From: Candidatus Multivoradales bacterium
GTDB lineage: Bacteria; Acidobacteriota; Thermoanaerobaculia; Multivoradales; JAHEKO01
Length of the DNA: 64,000 nucleotides
Reading direction: 5' to 3'
NCBI GenBank assembly: GCA_965223855.1
Contig: CBDCXM010000009.1
Location: forward strand, 3,104,001-3,168,000
Shown here: one piece after another, positions 1 through 11,350 of the stretch
Layout of the letters: each line of letters starts with the position of its first letter
How positions within the stretch are numbered: the stretch's first letter is position 1
The notes under the pieces: model-generated
The model's database searches: none
The model's input: only the letters and a program-made list of their open reading frames with translations
What the model was told of the DNA's origin: nothing
Program-made: the position numbers and the translations under genes

Positions 1-1182
1 GATCTCGCCCTCGTTCGGGCGTCGAGGGCCGGAGCGGTGGCGGTGCTCGTCTCGGCGACCCCGAGTCTCGAGAGCCGCCGTAACGCCGACATCGGCAAGC
101 TCGAGCCGCTGACTCTCGAGGGGCGGGTCGGCGACGCCGCTCTGCCGGAGGGGATCCTCGTCGACCTCAAGGCCGAGGGGGAGCCGCGCCGGCCCGGCGA
201 GGTGCAGTTCAGCGAACGGCTGTCGACCGAGATCGAGGCGACGCTGGCGGCGGGCGACCAGTTGATCCTGCTGCGCAACCGCCGCGGCTACTCGCCGGTG
301 CTCCTGTGCCGCGCGTGCGGCGAGGACTTCCGCTGCGACGACTGCGGCCTCGCTCACACCTACCATCAGCGCGAGGCCCGGCTGCGCTGCCACTACTGCG
401 GCGCTCAGCGGCCGGTACCGCGCCAATGCCCGGCCTGCCGGGAGAAGGCGCTCGAGCCGATCGGCGCCGGCACCGAGCGGGTGGAGGAGGACTTCGTCGA
501 GCGCTTCCCCGGAGCCTCGGTGGCGGTGCTCGACCGCGACGCGGTGCGCCGTCGGGGGAGCGCGGCGGCGGTGCTGGAGGCGTTCGCCAGCGGCTCGGCG
601 CAGGTGCTCATCGGCACCCAGATGGTGGCCAAGGGGCATCACTTCCCCAACGTCGCGCTGACCGGCGTCCTGCTGGCCGACAGCTACCTCGGCTTTCCCG
701 ACTTCCGGGCGGTCGAGCGCACCTACAGCCTGCTGGTCCAGCTGGCCGGTCGGGCGGGCCGGGGCGATCGCCCGGGGAGGGTGGTCATCCAGACCTACCA
801 TCCGGATCACTACGGGATCCAGGCGGCGCTGCGGCACGACGACGAAGCCTTCGTCCGCCAGGAGATGCGCTTCCGCGAGGTGTTCCATTACCCGCCGTTC
901 AGCCGCATGGTGCAGCTGCTGTGTCGCGACACGGTGCGCGATCGGGCCGCCGAGACCCTGCGCTCGATCGCCACGGCGATGCGGGCGCACCCGCTGGCCG
1001 CCGGCCTGCGGATCCTCGGCCCGGCACCGGCACCGCTCGAACGGTTGCGCGGCAAGTGGCGCTTCCAGCTGCTGGCACGGGGTGGCTCGGCCCGCCGGCT
1101 GCGCACCCTGGTGGCCGAGTCGATGCCCGCTCGCCTGCGCTCGGAAGTGATCGTCGACGTCGATCCGTTCGAGCTGCTGTGA
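1..1182 (+). CDS. priA: Primosomal protein N' (replication restart helicase), 5'-truncated by window edge
   Basis: SATPSLES, NRRGY, two CxxC-rich zinc knuckles, GTQMVAKGHHFP and QLAGRAGR helicase motifs, C-terminal DVDP; frame open from position 1. Confidence 0.96.
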   Translation, partial: DLALVRASRAGAVAVLVSATPSLESRRNADIGKLEPLTLEGRVGDAALPEGILVDLKAEGEPRRPGEVQFSERLSTEIEATLAAGDQLILLRNRRGYSPVLLCRACGEDFRCDDCGLAHTYHQREARLRCHYCGAQRPVPRQCPACREKALEPIGAGTERVEEDFVERFPGASVAVLDRDAVRRRGSAAAVLEAFASGSAQVLIGTQMVAKGHHFPNVALTGVLLADSYLGFPDFRAVERTYSLLVQLAGRAGRGDRPGRVVIQTYHPDHYGIQAALRHDDEAFVRQEMRFREVFHYPPFSRMVQLLCRDTVRDRAAETLRSIATAMRAHPLAAGLRILGPAPAPLERLRGKWRFQLLARGGSARRLRTLVAESMPARLRSEVIVDVDPFELL

Positions 1183-1227
1183 GGCCGCCCTCCGGCGGCC
1201 GTCGGGACGGCGGTGCGTGGGCGCACG

Positions 1228-1256
1228 TTGACGCTCCCGCGACCGCTTGCTAGCTT
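1228..1256 (+). promoter_or_regulatory. Putative sigma70 promoter of accA (probably leaderless)
   Basis: TTGACG (1228-1233), 17-bp spacer, TAGCTT (1251-1256); ATG follows 6 nt later with no SD. Confidence 0.55.
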
Positions 1257-1262
1257 CCCGGC

Positions 1263-2216
1263 ATGCCGACCCCCGAGGCTCCTTTCGAGCAGCCGCTGGC
1301 CGATCTGCGTCGCAGGATCGCCGAGCTTGCCGACTACCCGGAGGGTGCCGGCCGCCGGCGCGAGATCGGCAAGCTCGAGCAGGAGCTCGCGCGCAAGACG
1401 AAAGAGACCTACTCGAAGCTCACACGGTGGGAGAAGACCCTCGTCGCCCGCCATGCCGAGCGGCCCTACCCGAACGACTACATCGAGCATCTGACCGAGG
1501 AGTGGCTCGAGGTCCACGGCGACCGCGCCTTCGCCGACGACCCGGCGATCGTCGCCGGGTTCGCCCGCTTCAACGGTCGCTCGGTCGCCATCCTCGGCCA
1601 CCAGAAGGGTCGGAGCACGCAGCAGCGGATCACCCGCAATTTCGGTCAGCCGCGCCCGGAGGGCTATCGCAAGGCGCTGAGGGTGATGAAGCTCGCCGAG
1701 CGCTTCGGTCGGCCGATCCTCACGTTCGTCGATACTCCGGGCGCCTATCCGGGCATCGGTGCGGAGGAGCGCGGCCAGGCGGAGGCGATCGCCCGCAACC
1801 TCGTCGAGATGGCGGCGCTCAAGGTACCGGTCGTCGTCACGGTCACGGGCGAGGGGGGGAGCGGTGGTGCGCTGGCGCTCGGCATCGGCAATCGGGTGCT
1901 GATGCTCGAATACTCGATCTACTCCGTGATCTCCCCCGAGGGGTGCGCGGCGATCCTGTGGAAGGACCAGTCGAAGCGCGAAGAAGCCGCCGAAGCGATG
2001 AAGATCTCCGCTCCCGACCTCGAACAGCTAGGCGTCGTCGATCAGGTGATCGAAGAGCCGGCGGGAGGCGCGCACACCGACGTCGCCGAGACCTGCCGCC
2101 GGGTCGGGGAGGCGGTGGAGCAGGCGCTCTCGGAGCTCGAGTCGATGTCGCCCGACGAGCTGCTCGAGCAGCGCTACCGGCGATTCCGCGGCCTCGGGGT
2201 CTTCGTCGACGGTTGA
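1263..2216 (+). CDS. accA: Acetyl-CoA carboxylase carboxyltransferase alpha subunit
   Basis: GHQKGR, PEGYRKALR, DTPGAYPGIGAEERGQ, GEGGSGGAL, SVISPEGCAAILWK. Confidence 0.97.
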   Translation: MPTPEAPFEQPLADLRRRIAELADYPEGAGRRREIGKLEQELARKTKETYSKLTRWEKTLVARHAERPYPNDYIEHLTEEWLEVHGDRAFADDPAIVAGFARFNGRSVAILGHQKGRSTQQRITRNFGQPRPEGYRKALRVMKLAERFGRPILTFVDTPGAYPGIGAEERGQAEAIARNLVEMAALKVPVVVTVTGEGGSGGALALGIGNRVLMLEYSIYSVISPEGCAAILWKDQSKREEAAEAMKISAPDLEQLGVVDQVIEEPAGGAHTDVAETCRRVGEAVEQALSELESMSPDELLEQRYRRFRGLGVFVDG

Positions 2217-3919
2217 GTACGCGCTGGGCTCCGGCCCCGACGCCGGAAGAAGCCCGGCAACTCGAAGCGACCGGCCTGCCGCGCTGGCAAGCCGATGTCC
2301 TCGCCCGCCGTGGCGTGACGACCGCGGAAGAGGCGCAGGCGTTCCTCGCCCCGTCGCTGGGCCAGCTCCACGACCCGGCGCTCCTGCCTGATCTCGAGGC
2401 GGCCGTCGCCCGCCTCATCGCGGCGCGGGACGCACAGGAGACGATCGCCGTCGTAGGGGACTACGACGTCGACGGCGTCACTGCGAGCGCCCAGCTTCTC
2501 GCCGTCTTCCAGGCGGCCGGTATTTCCGCGCAATCGATCCTGCCGGATCGCCAGCGTGAGGGGTACGGCTTCCAGCCGCTCCATGCCGAGCGTGCGCACC
2601 GGGCGGGGTGCACGCTGGTCGTCACCGCCGACTGCGGCAGTGCGTCGATCGAGGCGGTCGAGCGGGCACGCGAGCTGGGGATCGACGTCATCGTGACCGA
2701 TCACCATCTGACCGACGGCGTGCTGCCGGAGGGGACGCTCGAGGTCAACCCGAATCGCAGCGACAGCGACTACCCGTTCCCGCAGCTGTGCGCCGCCGGT
2801 ATCGCCTTCAAGCTCGCTACCGCGTTCTTCGAGGCGATCGGCCGCCGGGCGCCGACCGGCTCGCTGTTGCGGATGGCGGCGCTCGGCACGATCGCGGACC
2901 TGGTGCCGCTCGTGGGAGAGAACCGGGTGCTCGCCGCGCTCGGTCTGCGGGAGCTGCCGACGACTCCGTCGCCAGGGCTGCGGGCCCTGATGGCTGGAGC
3001 GGGCGTCGGTCGCCGGGTGACGGCGGAAGACGTCGGCTACCGGATCGGCCCGCGTCTCAACGCCGCCGGCAGGATGGCGGCCGCCGACTCCGCTCTCGAG
3101 CTGCTGATGACTCGCGATTCCGATCGAGCGCGCGCGGCAGCGGCGCAGCTCGAGGAGTGGAACCGCGATCGGCGCGACGCGCAGCGCAAGGTCACCACCG
3201 AAGCGATCGCCCGCTGGGAGGAGGTCACCGAGCTGCCGCCGATCCTCGTCGCCTGGGACGCCGAGTGGCACGCCGGAGTCGTCGGCATCTCCGCCGGCCA
3301 GGTAGCTCGCCACTACCACCGGCCGGCGCTGTTGCTGCAGGTCGATGGCGACACCGCCCGTGGCTCCGGCCGGAGCCTGCGTGAGATCGATCTCCACGCC
3401 TTCCTCAAGCGATGGGACGGCGAGCTCGATCGTTTCGGCGGGCACTCGCAGGCGGTCGGCCTGACGGTCGAGACCGGGCGGCTCGAGGGCCTGACCCGGG
3501 AGTGGCAGGAGACGGCGGAGAAAGAGTGGCCGCCGGAGGCGCTCGAGCGGGTCCTCCATTACGAAGCACAGTTCGAGCCCGACGCCCTCGACCGAGAGCT
3601 CCTCGCCTCCCTCGAACGCCTCGAGCCGTTCGGAATGGGCCACCGCCGGCCACGGTTGCGAACCGGTGTGCTCGAGCTTCGCCAGCCCCCGCGATGCTTC
3701 GGCGACGGCCACGCGAGCGGCGTCGCGACGACGCCCGGAGGAGGGCAACTCTCCTGGCTCGGGTGGGGGTGGGAGGCGCGGCTCGACGACCTCGAACGCC
3801 CGTTCGAAGCGCTCGGCTATCTCGAGTACGACGACTATCGGGGCGCTCCGGTCTTTCGCCTCGAGGACGTACGACCGGTCGAGCGCGACGAGCCGACCGC
3901 GAACGGCGACGGCGCATAG
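2213..3919 (+). CDS. recJ: Single-stranded-DNA-specific exonuclease RecJ
   Basis: GDYDVDG, TADCG, TDHH, GTIADLVPL, PRLNAAGR, RGSGRS, GGH motifs; start set at TTG overlapping accA stop (TTGA), not at the 1247 ORF start. Confidence 0.94.
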   Translation: MSTRWAPAPTPEEARQLEATGLPRWQADVLARRGVTTAEEAQAFLAPSLGQLHDPALLPDLEAAVARLIAARDAQETIAVVGDYDVDGVTASAQLLAVFQAAGISAQSILPDRQREGYGFQPLHAERAHRAGCTLVVTADCGSASIEAVERARELGIDVIVTDHHLTDGVLPEGTLEVNPNRSDSDYPFPQLCAAGIAFKLATAFFEAIGRRAPTGSLLRMAALGTIADLVPLVGENRVLAALGLRELPTTPSPGLRALMAGAGVGRRVTAEDVGYRIGPRLNAAGRMAAADSALELLMTRDSDRARAAAAQLEEWNRDRRDAQRKVTTEAIARWEEVTELPPILVAWDAEWHAGVVGISAGQVARHYHRPALLLQVDGDTARGSGRSLREIDLHAFLKRWDGELDRFGGHSQAVGLTVETGRLEGLTREWQETAEKEWPPEALERVLHYEAQFEPDALDRELLASLERLEPFGMGHRRPRLRTGVLELRQPPRCFGDGHASGVATTPGGGQLSWLGWGWEARLDDLERPFEALGYLEYDDYRGAPVFRLEDVRPVERDEPTANGDGA

Positions 3920-3931
3920 AATCCATTCCCC

Positions 3932-6138
3932 ATGCGGGCCCGAAGAACAGGCAACCACCTGCGCCGGCTGCGGCGTGTTCTGTTGCTGGGGGTGGTCGGC
4001 TTCGTCGCACTCCTGTTCGGGCTCTATCTGTTCGGCCGCCGCCCGAGTGGAGATGTACCCGCCGGGGTTGCCAGCGATCAGGCGCCGATCGGCGAGGAGA
4101 TCGTCATCGGCAACAACTTTCACTACGAGGTGACGGAAGAGGGCGTCACGCTGTGGGAGATCGACGCCGACCGGCTGGTCTCGACCCAGGACGGCCGCTA
4201 CTCGCTCGAAGGGGTGGCAATGGCCGCCCAGCGCGAGGACGACAAGGCGTACTCGATCCGCGCCGAGCGCGGCGAGTACGACCTCGAGGCCAACGAGGCG
4301 CGCCTGACGGGCAACGTGGTGATCGAGGACTCGCGAGGCCTGCGACTCGAGACCGAAGGGCTCCAGCTCGTGAGGAAGGGGCACATCGTGCTGAGCGACG
4401 CGCCGGTCGACTTCAAGATGGGAGAGATCTACGAAGGGCGGGCCAACCGCCTCGAGGTCCACTTCCCGCGCGACCGGATCCGTCTCGCGGGGAGAGTAGA
4501 GATCCGTACCGCGCCGGGTATCTACCCGACCGCCTCGATCGACGCTCGGCGCATCGTCGTCTTCCGTGACACCCACAACATCGTCGCCGAAGGATCTCCG
4601 GACGAGGGATCACGGCTGGTCGATGTCCGCCATGGCCGCAACCGCCTCGTGGCACGTCGGATCTCGCTGAACTTCGACGAAAACGACGACGAGATCCTCT
4701 TCGCCCTCGCGAGCTGGCAGGTGCAGGCTTCTTTCGAGCAGGACGACGGTGACGGCGTGCCCACCCGCGCGACGGTGGAGGGGGACAAGCTCTCCGTCGT
4801 CTTCAGCGAGACGACGGGAGACCCCGAGCGGCTCGAGATGGATGCGCCGGCAGGGGGCCTCGCCCGCCTCACCCAGGCCGACGAGTCGGGCCTCATCCGA
4901 TCGATGGAGGCCGACTATCTGTGGGCCGACTTTGCCGGCGGCCGGGTGCGCTCAGCTCAGGGGATGGGCGGTGTCACCCTCGAGGAGCGGCTTCGCCACG
5001 CCCCCGAAGTGCTGCTCCATCAGGTCTGCAGCGAGTCGGTCGAGGCTCTCTACGACGCCGCGGGTGAAATCACCCGTCTCGAGCTGCGGGATTCGGTGAG
5101 CTTCGCGCAGCGGGACCTGCAGGCGGGGGGATCGCGGCTGACGGCCGTGGGCGATGAAGGTCCCGTCGAGCTCGTCGGTCGGACCGCCTGGGTGTCGAGC
5201 CGCCAGGGGCGCCTCGAGGCGCCGAGGATCGAGATCGACCGGGTGGCGCGGCAGGTCCGGGCCGAGGGTGGCGTGCGCGCCGAGATGGCCGAGGACTCCT
5301 CTCCCGACCTCGAAGACAGCGACGAGGCGCAGGGTCCGGTGCGGGTCCAGGCCGACTCCGCCGTGTGGACGGACGAGCCCCGGGAGGTCGAGTTTCGCGA
5401 CGAGGTACGGGCGTGGCAGGGGGAGAGTTTTCTCGTGAGCGACACCCTCGGAATGGAGGAGGGCGACCTGCTAGCCTCCGGCAACGTTCGGTCGGTATGG
5501 CACGAGCGTGAGCCGGTAGGCGCGGCGACCGCCGCGGAAGACGGCAGCGCGGCCGAGGAGCCGCAGCCTCCGGTCCAGATCAGCTCCGACGACATGCGGT
5601 TCGACCGCGAACTGGGGCGGCTGATCTACGACGGCAACGCCAAAGTCGTCCAGGGACCGAAGAGCATGGCGTGCCCGCGACTGCAGCTCCAGATGGACGA
5701 CAACGAGGATTTCGAGCGGATGTACTGCGAGGCGGGCACGAAGATCGACGACGGCGAGGCGGGGAATCGGCTCTCCGGCGACGTCGCGATCTTCAACCAG
5801 ACCGTCGGCAAAGTGAAGGTGATGGGTGAGCCGGTACGGATGAACCAGGCCGACGGCGGCAGCATCAGTGCCCGGCTGATGATCTACGACTTCGACACCG
5901 GCATCGCCGAGATCGACAGCGTCGCCTCCGAGGAAGCCGACCTCTACATGAGCGCAGAGGACTACTTCGCCCAGCGGCGCGCCGAGCTCGGGCTCCCCGA
6001 GGAGCCGGTCGACGGTCAGGAGGCGCCGGCGGCGACCGGCGAGACGGACGGCGGGGGGGCCGGGACCGGGGCGTCCGAGGCCGAGACCGAAGCCGACCCC
6101 GTCGCAGCAGCGCCGCCGGACGCTGACGGAGAAGGCGC

Positions 6139-6142
<4 letters not shown>
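3932..6142 (+). CDS. lptC: LptC/LptA(OstA)-like multidomain LPS transport periplasmic protein
   Basis: N-terminal TM anchor, repeated beta-jellyroll-like segments ([28 protein letters not shown]), directly upstream of lptB. Confidence 0.72.
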
Positions 6143-6870
<728 letters not shown>

Positions 6871-6890
6871 GGTGGAGTCGCTCTTTTTCG

Positions 6891-8333
6891 ATGGCTCTCG
6901 AACAGAAACTGTCGCTCAAGCTGGCGCAGAAGCTGGTGATGACGCCATCGCTGCAGCAGGCGATCAAGCTGCTGCAGATGACGAGGATGGAGCTGCAGAG
7001 CGTCGTCACTCAGGAGCTGGTCGAGAACCCGGTCCTCGAAGACGGCGATTTCGAGGAGGCCTCCGACTCGGACCCGGAGCAGAAGAACGAGGAGGCCGAG
7101 GCCGAACAGGAGACCGGCGAGGAGGAGTTCGACCTCGAGGCCTACCTGACCAACGTCTGGGACAGCTCGAGCGAGCCGCGGACCAACGAGTACCGCGAAG
7201 CGCCGCCGATCGAGAACACCCTCACCCAGGAGGAGGATCTCTACGATCACCTTCTGTGGCAGATTCACATGGCGGACCTGTCGCCGCGGCAGTGCCGCAT
7301 CGCCGAGTTGATCGTCGGAAATCTCGACCCGGACGGTTTCCTCGTCGCCACGGTCGAGGAGATCGCCGCTCTGGGAGAAGGGGAGCCCGAAAGGGCCCGG
7401 TACAACGAGGAAGAAGTCCACGAGGCTCTAGCCTTCGTGCGCGGCCTCGACCCGCCGGGGATCGCCTGGGGCGACCTCCGCGAGAGCCTCCTGCACCAGC
7501 TCGACGTTAGCGGCGAGCCCGAGGATTCGCTGGCGCGCAGGATCGTCGCCGAGGACTGGGACCATTTCCTCAAGCGCCAGTTCCCGGCGCTGGCGAAGAA
7601 ATACGGCGTGCCGCTGGGAGATCTCGAGCCGGTGGTCGAGTCGATCAAGTCGCTCGAGACCCGCCCCGGCCGGGAGTTCAACGCCGAGCGCACCCAGTAC
7701 GTCACGCCCGACGTCTACGTCGTCAAGGTGAGCGGCGACTACGTCATCCAGCTCAACGACGACGGCCTGCCGAAGCTGCGCATCAGCAACGCCTACCGGC
7801 GGATGCTCGCCGAGCTCAAGGCGGAAGGGGAGAAGAGCGACGCCAAGACCTTCCTCAACGACAAGCTGCGCTCGGCGCTGTGGCTGATCAAGAGCCTCGA
7901 CCAGCGGCAGCGCACCATCTACAAGGTCGCCGAGTCGATCGTCCGCCAGCAGCGCGACTTCCTCGATCGGGGGATCGACTTCCTGCGGCCGATGGTGCTG
8001 CGGGACGTCGCGCTCGACATCGGCATGCACGAATCGACGGTCAGCCGCGTCGTGTCGAACAAGTACATCCATACCCCGCGTGGCCTGTGCGCAATGAAGT
8101 TCTTCTTCCACAGCGGGATCGACCGCGAGTACGGCGCCGACATCTCGTCGCTCACCGTCAAGCGCAAGATCGAGCAGTTGATCCAGGAAGAGGATCCGAA
8201 CAAGCCGATCTCCGACAGCGGACTCGCGGCCGCGCTGAAGCGCGAGGGGATCAACATCGCACGCCGGACGGTGGCAAAGTACAGGGACGAGTTGGGCGTG
8301 CCGTCATCGACCCATCGCAAGAAGATTTTCTAG
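6891..8333 (+). CDS. rpoN: RNA polymerase sigma-54 factor
   Basis: Gln/Leu-rich region I (LQQAIKLLQ), HESTVSR HTH, RpoN box ARRTVAKYR. Confidence 0.98.
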   Translation: MALEQKLSLKLAQKLVMTPSLQQAIKLLQMTRMELQSVVTQELVENPVLEDGDFEEASDSDPEQKNEEAEAEQETGEEEFDLEAYLTNVWDSSSEPRTNEYREAPPIENTLTQEEDLYDHLLWQIHMADLSPRQCRIAELIVGNLDPDGFLVATVEEIAALGEGEPERARYNEEEVHEALAFVRGLDPPGIAWGDLRESLLHQLDVSGEPEDSLARRIVAEDWDHFLKRQFPALAKKYGVPLGDLEPVVESIKSLETRPGREFNAERTQYVTPDVYVVKVSGDYVIQLNDDGLPKLRISNAYRRMLAELKAEGEKSDAKTFLNDKLRSALWLIKSLDQRQRTIYKVAESIVRQQRDFLDRGIDFLRPMVLRDVALDIGMHESTVSRVVSNKYIHTPRGLCAMKFFFHSGIDREYGADISSLTVKRKIEQLIQEEDPNKPISDSGLAAALKREGINIARRTVAKYRDELGVPSSTHRKKIF

Positions 8334-8357
8334 AACGCGTCTCAGGGAGCCCGAGCC

Positions 8358-8903
8358 TTGCAAGTCGACTACGTTGGAAGAGGTCTTCAGATCACCGACG
8401 AGGTGCGTGATTACGTCGCCTCGAAGCTCGAGAGCGCTCATCGGTTTCTCGAGGAGCCTGTCGAGATTCACGTCATGCTCGAAGAGGAGGGGCACCGCCA
8501 GATCGCGGAGATCCACGTGCACCACCGCTTCGGGTCGCTGCAGGCGGAGAAGGAAACCGACGACCTGCGGCAGTCGATCCACGACGCGGTCGAGAAGATC
8601 GAGAAGCAGGCCCGCCGGTCGCGCAAGAAGTACATGGATCGGCGCCGCAAGGAAGACCGCAAGCGTGTGCACGAGTGGCCGGTCGAGGTGGTGGAGCGCG
8701 ACAGCGTCGGCGGTCGGGAAGAAGTACGCATCATCAAGCGCTCGTCACTGACGATCGAGCCGATGACGATGGAGGAAGCCGCCGCGCGTCTCGAGGACGC
8801 TTCCAACGACTTCGTGGTCTTCCGGGACGCCGCGCTCGGGCAGATCAACGTGCTCTACAAGCGCCGCGACGGCCACTACGGCCTGATCAGTCCCGAGGCC
8901 TGA
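8358..8903 (+). CDS. hpf: Ribosome hibernation promoting factor, long form
   Basis: After rpoN; S30EA-like N-domain and C-terminal PMTMEEA...FVVFRD...NVLYKRRDGHYGLI. Confidence 0.92.
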   Translation: MQVDYVGRGLQITDEVRDYVASKLESAHRFLEEPVEIHVMLEEEGHRQIAEIHVHHRFGSLQAEKETDDLRQSIHDAVEKIEKQARRSRKKYMDRRRKEDRKRVHEWPVEVVERDSVGGREEVRIIKRSSLTIEPMTMEEAAARLEDASNDFVVFRDAALGQINVLYKRRDGHYGLISPEA

Positions 8904-8909
8904 TCTTCG

Positions 8910-9380
8910 ATGGACTCGAAGGACCTTGCCGCCTGGACGGAGCCTGCGCTCATCTTCCCCGACCTGTCGGCCATCGACGCCAACCAGGTGCTGGTGCAGG
9001 TGGCGGAACGGTTGGGTGAGCTGGGCCGGGTGCGCAAGCCGCGGGTGCTTCTCGACCGGCTCCGCGAGCGCGAGGAGCTCGGTTCGACCGCGCTCGGCCA
9101 TGGGATCGCCGTGCCGCACTGTCGGCTTCAGGGACTCTCCCGACTTACGGTGGCGGTCGGCCTGTGCCGCGAAGGAGTCGATTTCGCGGCGGAGGACGGT
9201 GAACTCGTGAAGCTCTTCTTCGTCGTCATCTCACCCAACAACGCGGCCGCCGAGCACCTGCAGTGCCTGGCGGCCATCTCGAAATGGGTTCGTGGCGGTT
9301 CGGTCGATCGGGTCCTCGAACTCGAAGACGCGGCCGAGATCTATGCCGCGCTCGAGTCCTCCGCCAACGGCGAGGACTGA
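8910..9380 (+). CDS. ptsN: PTS EIIA (Ntr/Fru type)
   Basis: REELGSTALGHGIAVPH phospho-His motif; position in rpoN operon. Confidence 0.88.
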   Translation: MDSKDLAAWTEPALIFPDLSAIDANQVLVQVAERLGELGRVRKPRVLLDRLREREELGSTALGHGIAVPHCRLQGLSRLTVAVGLCREGVDFAAEDGELVKLFFVVISPNNAAAEHLQCLAAISKWVRGGSVDRVLELEDAAEIYAALESSANGED

Positions 9381-9426
9381 GGTCCGGCACCGAGGCCGAA
9401 AGCCGAGAAAGAAGAGACAGAGCGCG

Positions 9427-10407
9427 ATGACCGAGAAGGCCGCTGCAGTCGTTCACGTCCGGGAGCTCCTCGGCGACGAGCTCCGGGACCTCGACTTCGA
9501 GATCCTCAGCGGCGAGCAGGCGCTCGAGCGCCGCATCACTCACCCGAGGGTCCAGAAGCCGGGCCTCGCGTTCGCCGGCTACTACGACTACATCAAGACC
9601 GGGCGGGTGCAGATCGTCGGCGCGAGCGAGACCGCCTACCTCGACTCGCTCAGCGAGAAGACAAGGAGGGAGAGATTCACGAAGATCCTCGAGCGCGACA
9701 GCCCGGTCTTCGTGGTGACCAAGGGCCTCGAGCCGCTGCCCGAGCTGCTGGCGATGACCCGGGAACAGGAAATCCCGATGCTGCGTTCGCCGGCGCTCTC
9801 CTCGACCGTCATCAAGCGGGTGAGCTACTTCCTCGAAGAGCACCTCGTGCCGTCCGAGCACCTTCACGGAGTCCTCCTCGACATCTACGGCCTCGGCGTA
9901 CTCCTGATCGGCCAGAGCGGCGTCGGCAAGAGCGAATGCGCGCTCGATCTCATCACCCGGGGGCACAGCCTGGTCGCCGACGACCGCGTGACCGTCAAGC
10001 TCTATCCGGGCGGCGATCTGATCGGCTACTGCGAGAAACCGCTCCGGCACCACATGGAGCTGCGCGGGCTGGGCATCGTCAATGTCCACGACCTCTTCGG
10101 CCTCGCCTCGGTGCGCGAGCGCAAGCAGATCGACCTCGTGGTGGAACTCGAGAAGTGGGACGAAGCGCGAGCCTATGATCGGCTGGGGCTCGACGAGAGC
10201 GTCTATCCGATCCTCGACACGCCGTGCCCCTACATCAAGATGCCCGTCGCGCTCGGGCGCAACCTGTCGATCCTCGTCGAGATCGCCTCGCGCAATCATC
10301 TCCTCAAGATGCAGGGTCACCATTCCGCTCGCGAGTTCGCTCGGCGGCTCGAGGAGAAGATGAACGGCGGCCGCTCGGAGGCCGACGCACGGGAGAGCGA
10401 GGAGTGA
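9427..10407 (+). CDS. hprK: HPr(Ser) kinase/phosphorylase
   Basis: GQSGVGKSECALDL Walker A, LVADD, MELRGLGIVN, GRNL. Confidence 0.96.
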   Translation: MTEKAAAVVHVRELLGDELRDLDFEILSGEQALERRITHPRVQKPGLAFAGYYDYIKTGRVQIVGASETAYLDSLSEKTRRERFTKILERDSPVFVVTKGLEPLPELLAMTREQEIPMLRSPALSSTVIKRVSYFLEEHLVPSEHLHGVLLDIYGLGVLLIGQSGVGKSECALDLITRGHSLVADDRVTVKLYPGGDLIGYCEKPLRHHMELRGLGIVNVHDLFGLASVRERKQIDLVVELEKWDEARAYDRLGLDESVYPILDTPCPYIKMPVALGRNLSILVEIASRNHLLKMQGHHSAREFARRLEEKMNGGRSEADARESEE

Positions 10408-11291
10408 ACTCCGCCCGCGAAGGCGCCGGTACCGGTCAACTCATCTTCGTCACCGGTCTCTCCGGTTCCGGCAAGTCGACGGTCGCCAAGTGCCTGGAAG
10501 ACCTCGGCTTCTACACCGTCGACAATCTTCCCTTCGACCTTCTCGAGTCGTTCGTCGCCGATCCGTTCCGGCACGCCGGCGAGGCGGAGGGAGTGGCGAT
10601 CGTCACCGACATGAGGGCCGAGGGCTTCGCCCGCCGGTTTCCACGACTCGTGGAGAGCGAAACGGTGCAGCGGCTCGACCCGGTGGTGCTGTTCCTCGAG
10701 GCCGACGACGAAACGCTCGTGCGCCGGTTCTCCGAGACGCGCCGCAGTCATCCGATCGCCGGCGCGGAGTCGGTGATCGCCAGCATCCGCACCGAGCGGG
10801 AGATGCTCGCAGAAGTCCGCGGCATCGCCGACAGGGTCTACGACTCGAGCGAGTGGAACCTGCACGAGCTTCGCCACCAGGTGCGACTCGAGTTCGGACC
10901 GCGGGAGGCGGGGGAGGCGGGGCCGGTCGTCACCCTGATGAGCTTCGGCTACAAGTACGGAATTCCGTACGCTTCCGATCTTCTCTTCGACGTCCGCTTT
11001 CTCCCCAACCCCTACTTCGAGGAGGGACTGCGGGAGCTGACCGGCCGCGACGAGCCGGTGCGGAAGTTCCTCGAGGCTCAGCCGGAGTACGAGGAACTGG
11101 TCGAACGCCTCGACGGCTTCCTCTCCTACCTGCTGCCGAAGTATGCAGGCGAGCAGCGCTCCTACGTCTCCGTCGCCGTCGGATGCACAGGCGGCCGGCA
11201 CCGGTCGGTCGCGATCGTCGAGGCTCTCGAGGGGCGTCTCGACGCGGCCGGCTGGACGCTGCGCGTCAGCCATCGCGACGCCGAGCGCTGA
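10404..11291 (+). CDS. rapZ: RNase adapter RapZ / YvcJ-family P-loop protein
   Basis: TGLSGSGKS, DNLP, SFGYKYG, DVRFLPNP, GCTGGRHRSV; GTG overlaps hprK stop. Confidence 0.95.
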   Translation: MNSAREGAGTGQLIFVTGLSGSGKSTVAKCLEDLGFYTVDNLPFDLLESFVADPFRHAGEAEGVAIVTDMRAEGFARRFPRLVESETVQRLDPVVLFLEADDETLVRRFSETRRSHPIAGAESVIASIRTEREMLAEVRGIADRVYDSSEWNLHELRHQVRLEFGPREAGEAGPVVTLMSFGYKYGIPYASDLLFDVRFLPNPYFEEGLRELTGRDEPVRKFLEAQPEYEELVERLDGFLSYLLPKYAGEQRSYVSVAVGCTGGRHRSVAIVEALEGRLDAAGWTLRVSHRDAER

Positions 11292-11350
11292 GCCGGCGCG
11301 GCGCCCCCGGCCCGCCACCCCGAGGCTCCCGATTTCGGTACTCTTGACCG

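Noticed and set aside
1247-2212. N-terminal 320-aa extension of RecJ in the ORF track
   Set aside because: Overlaps accA in another frame; RecJ-like sequence begins at the TTG overlapping the accA stop
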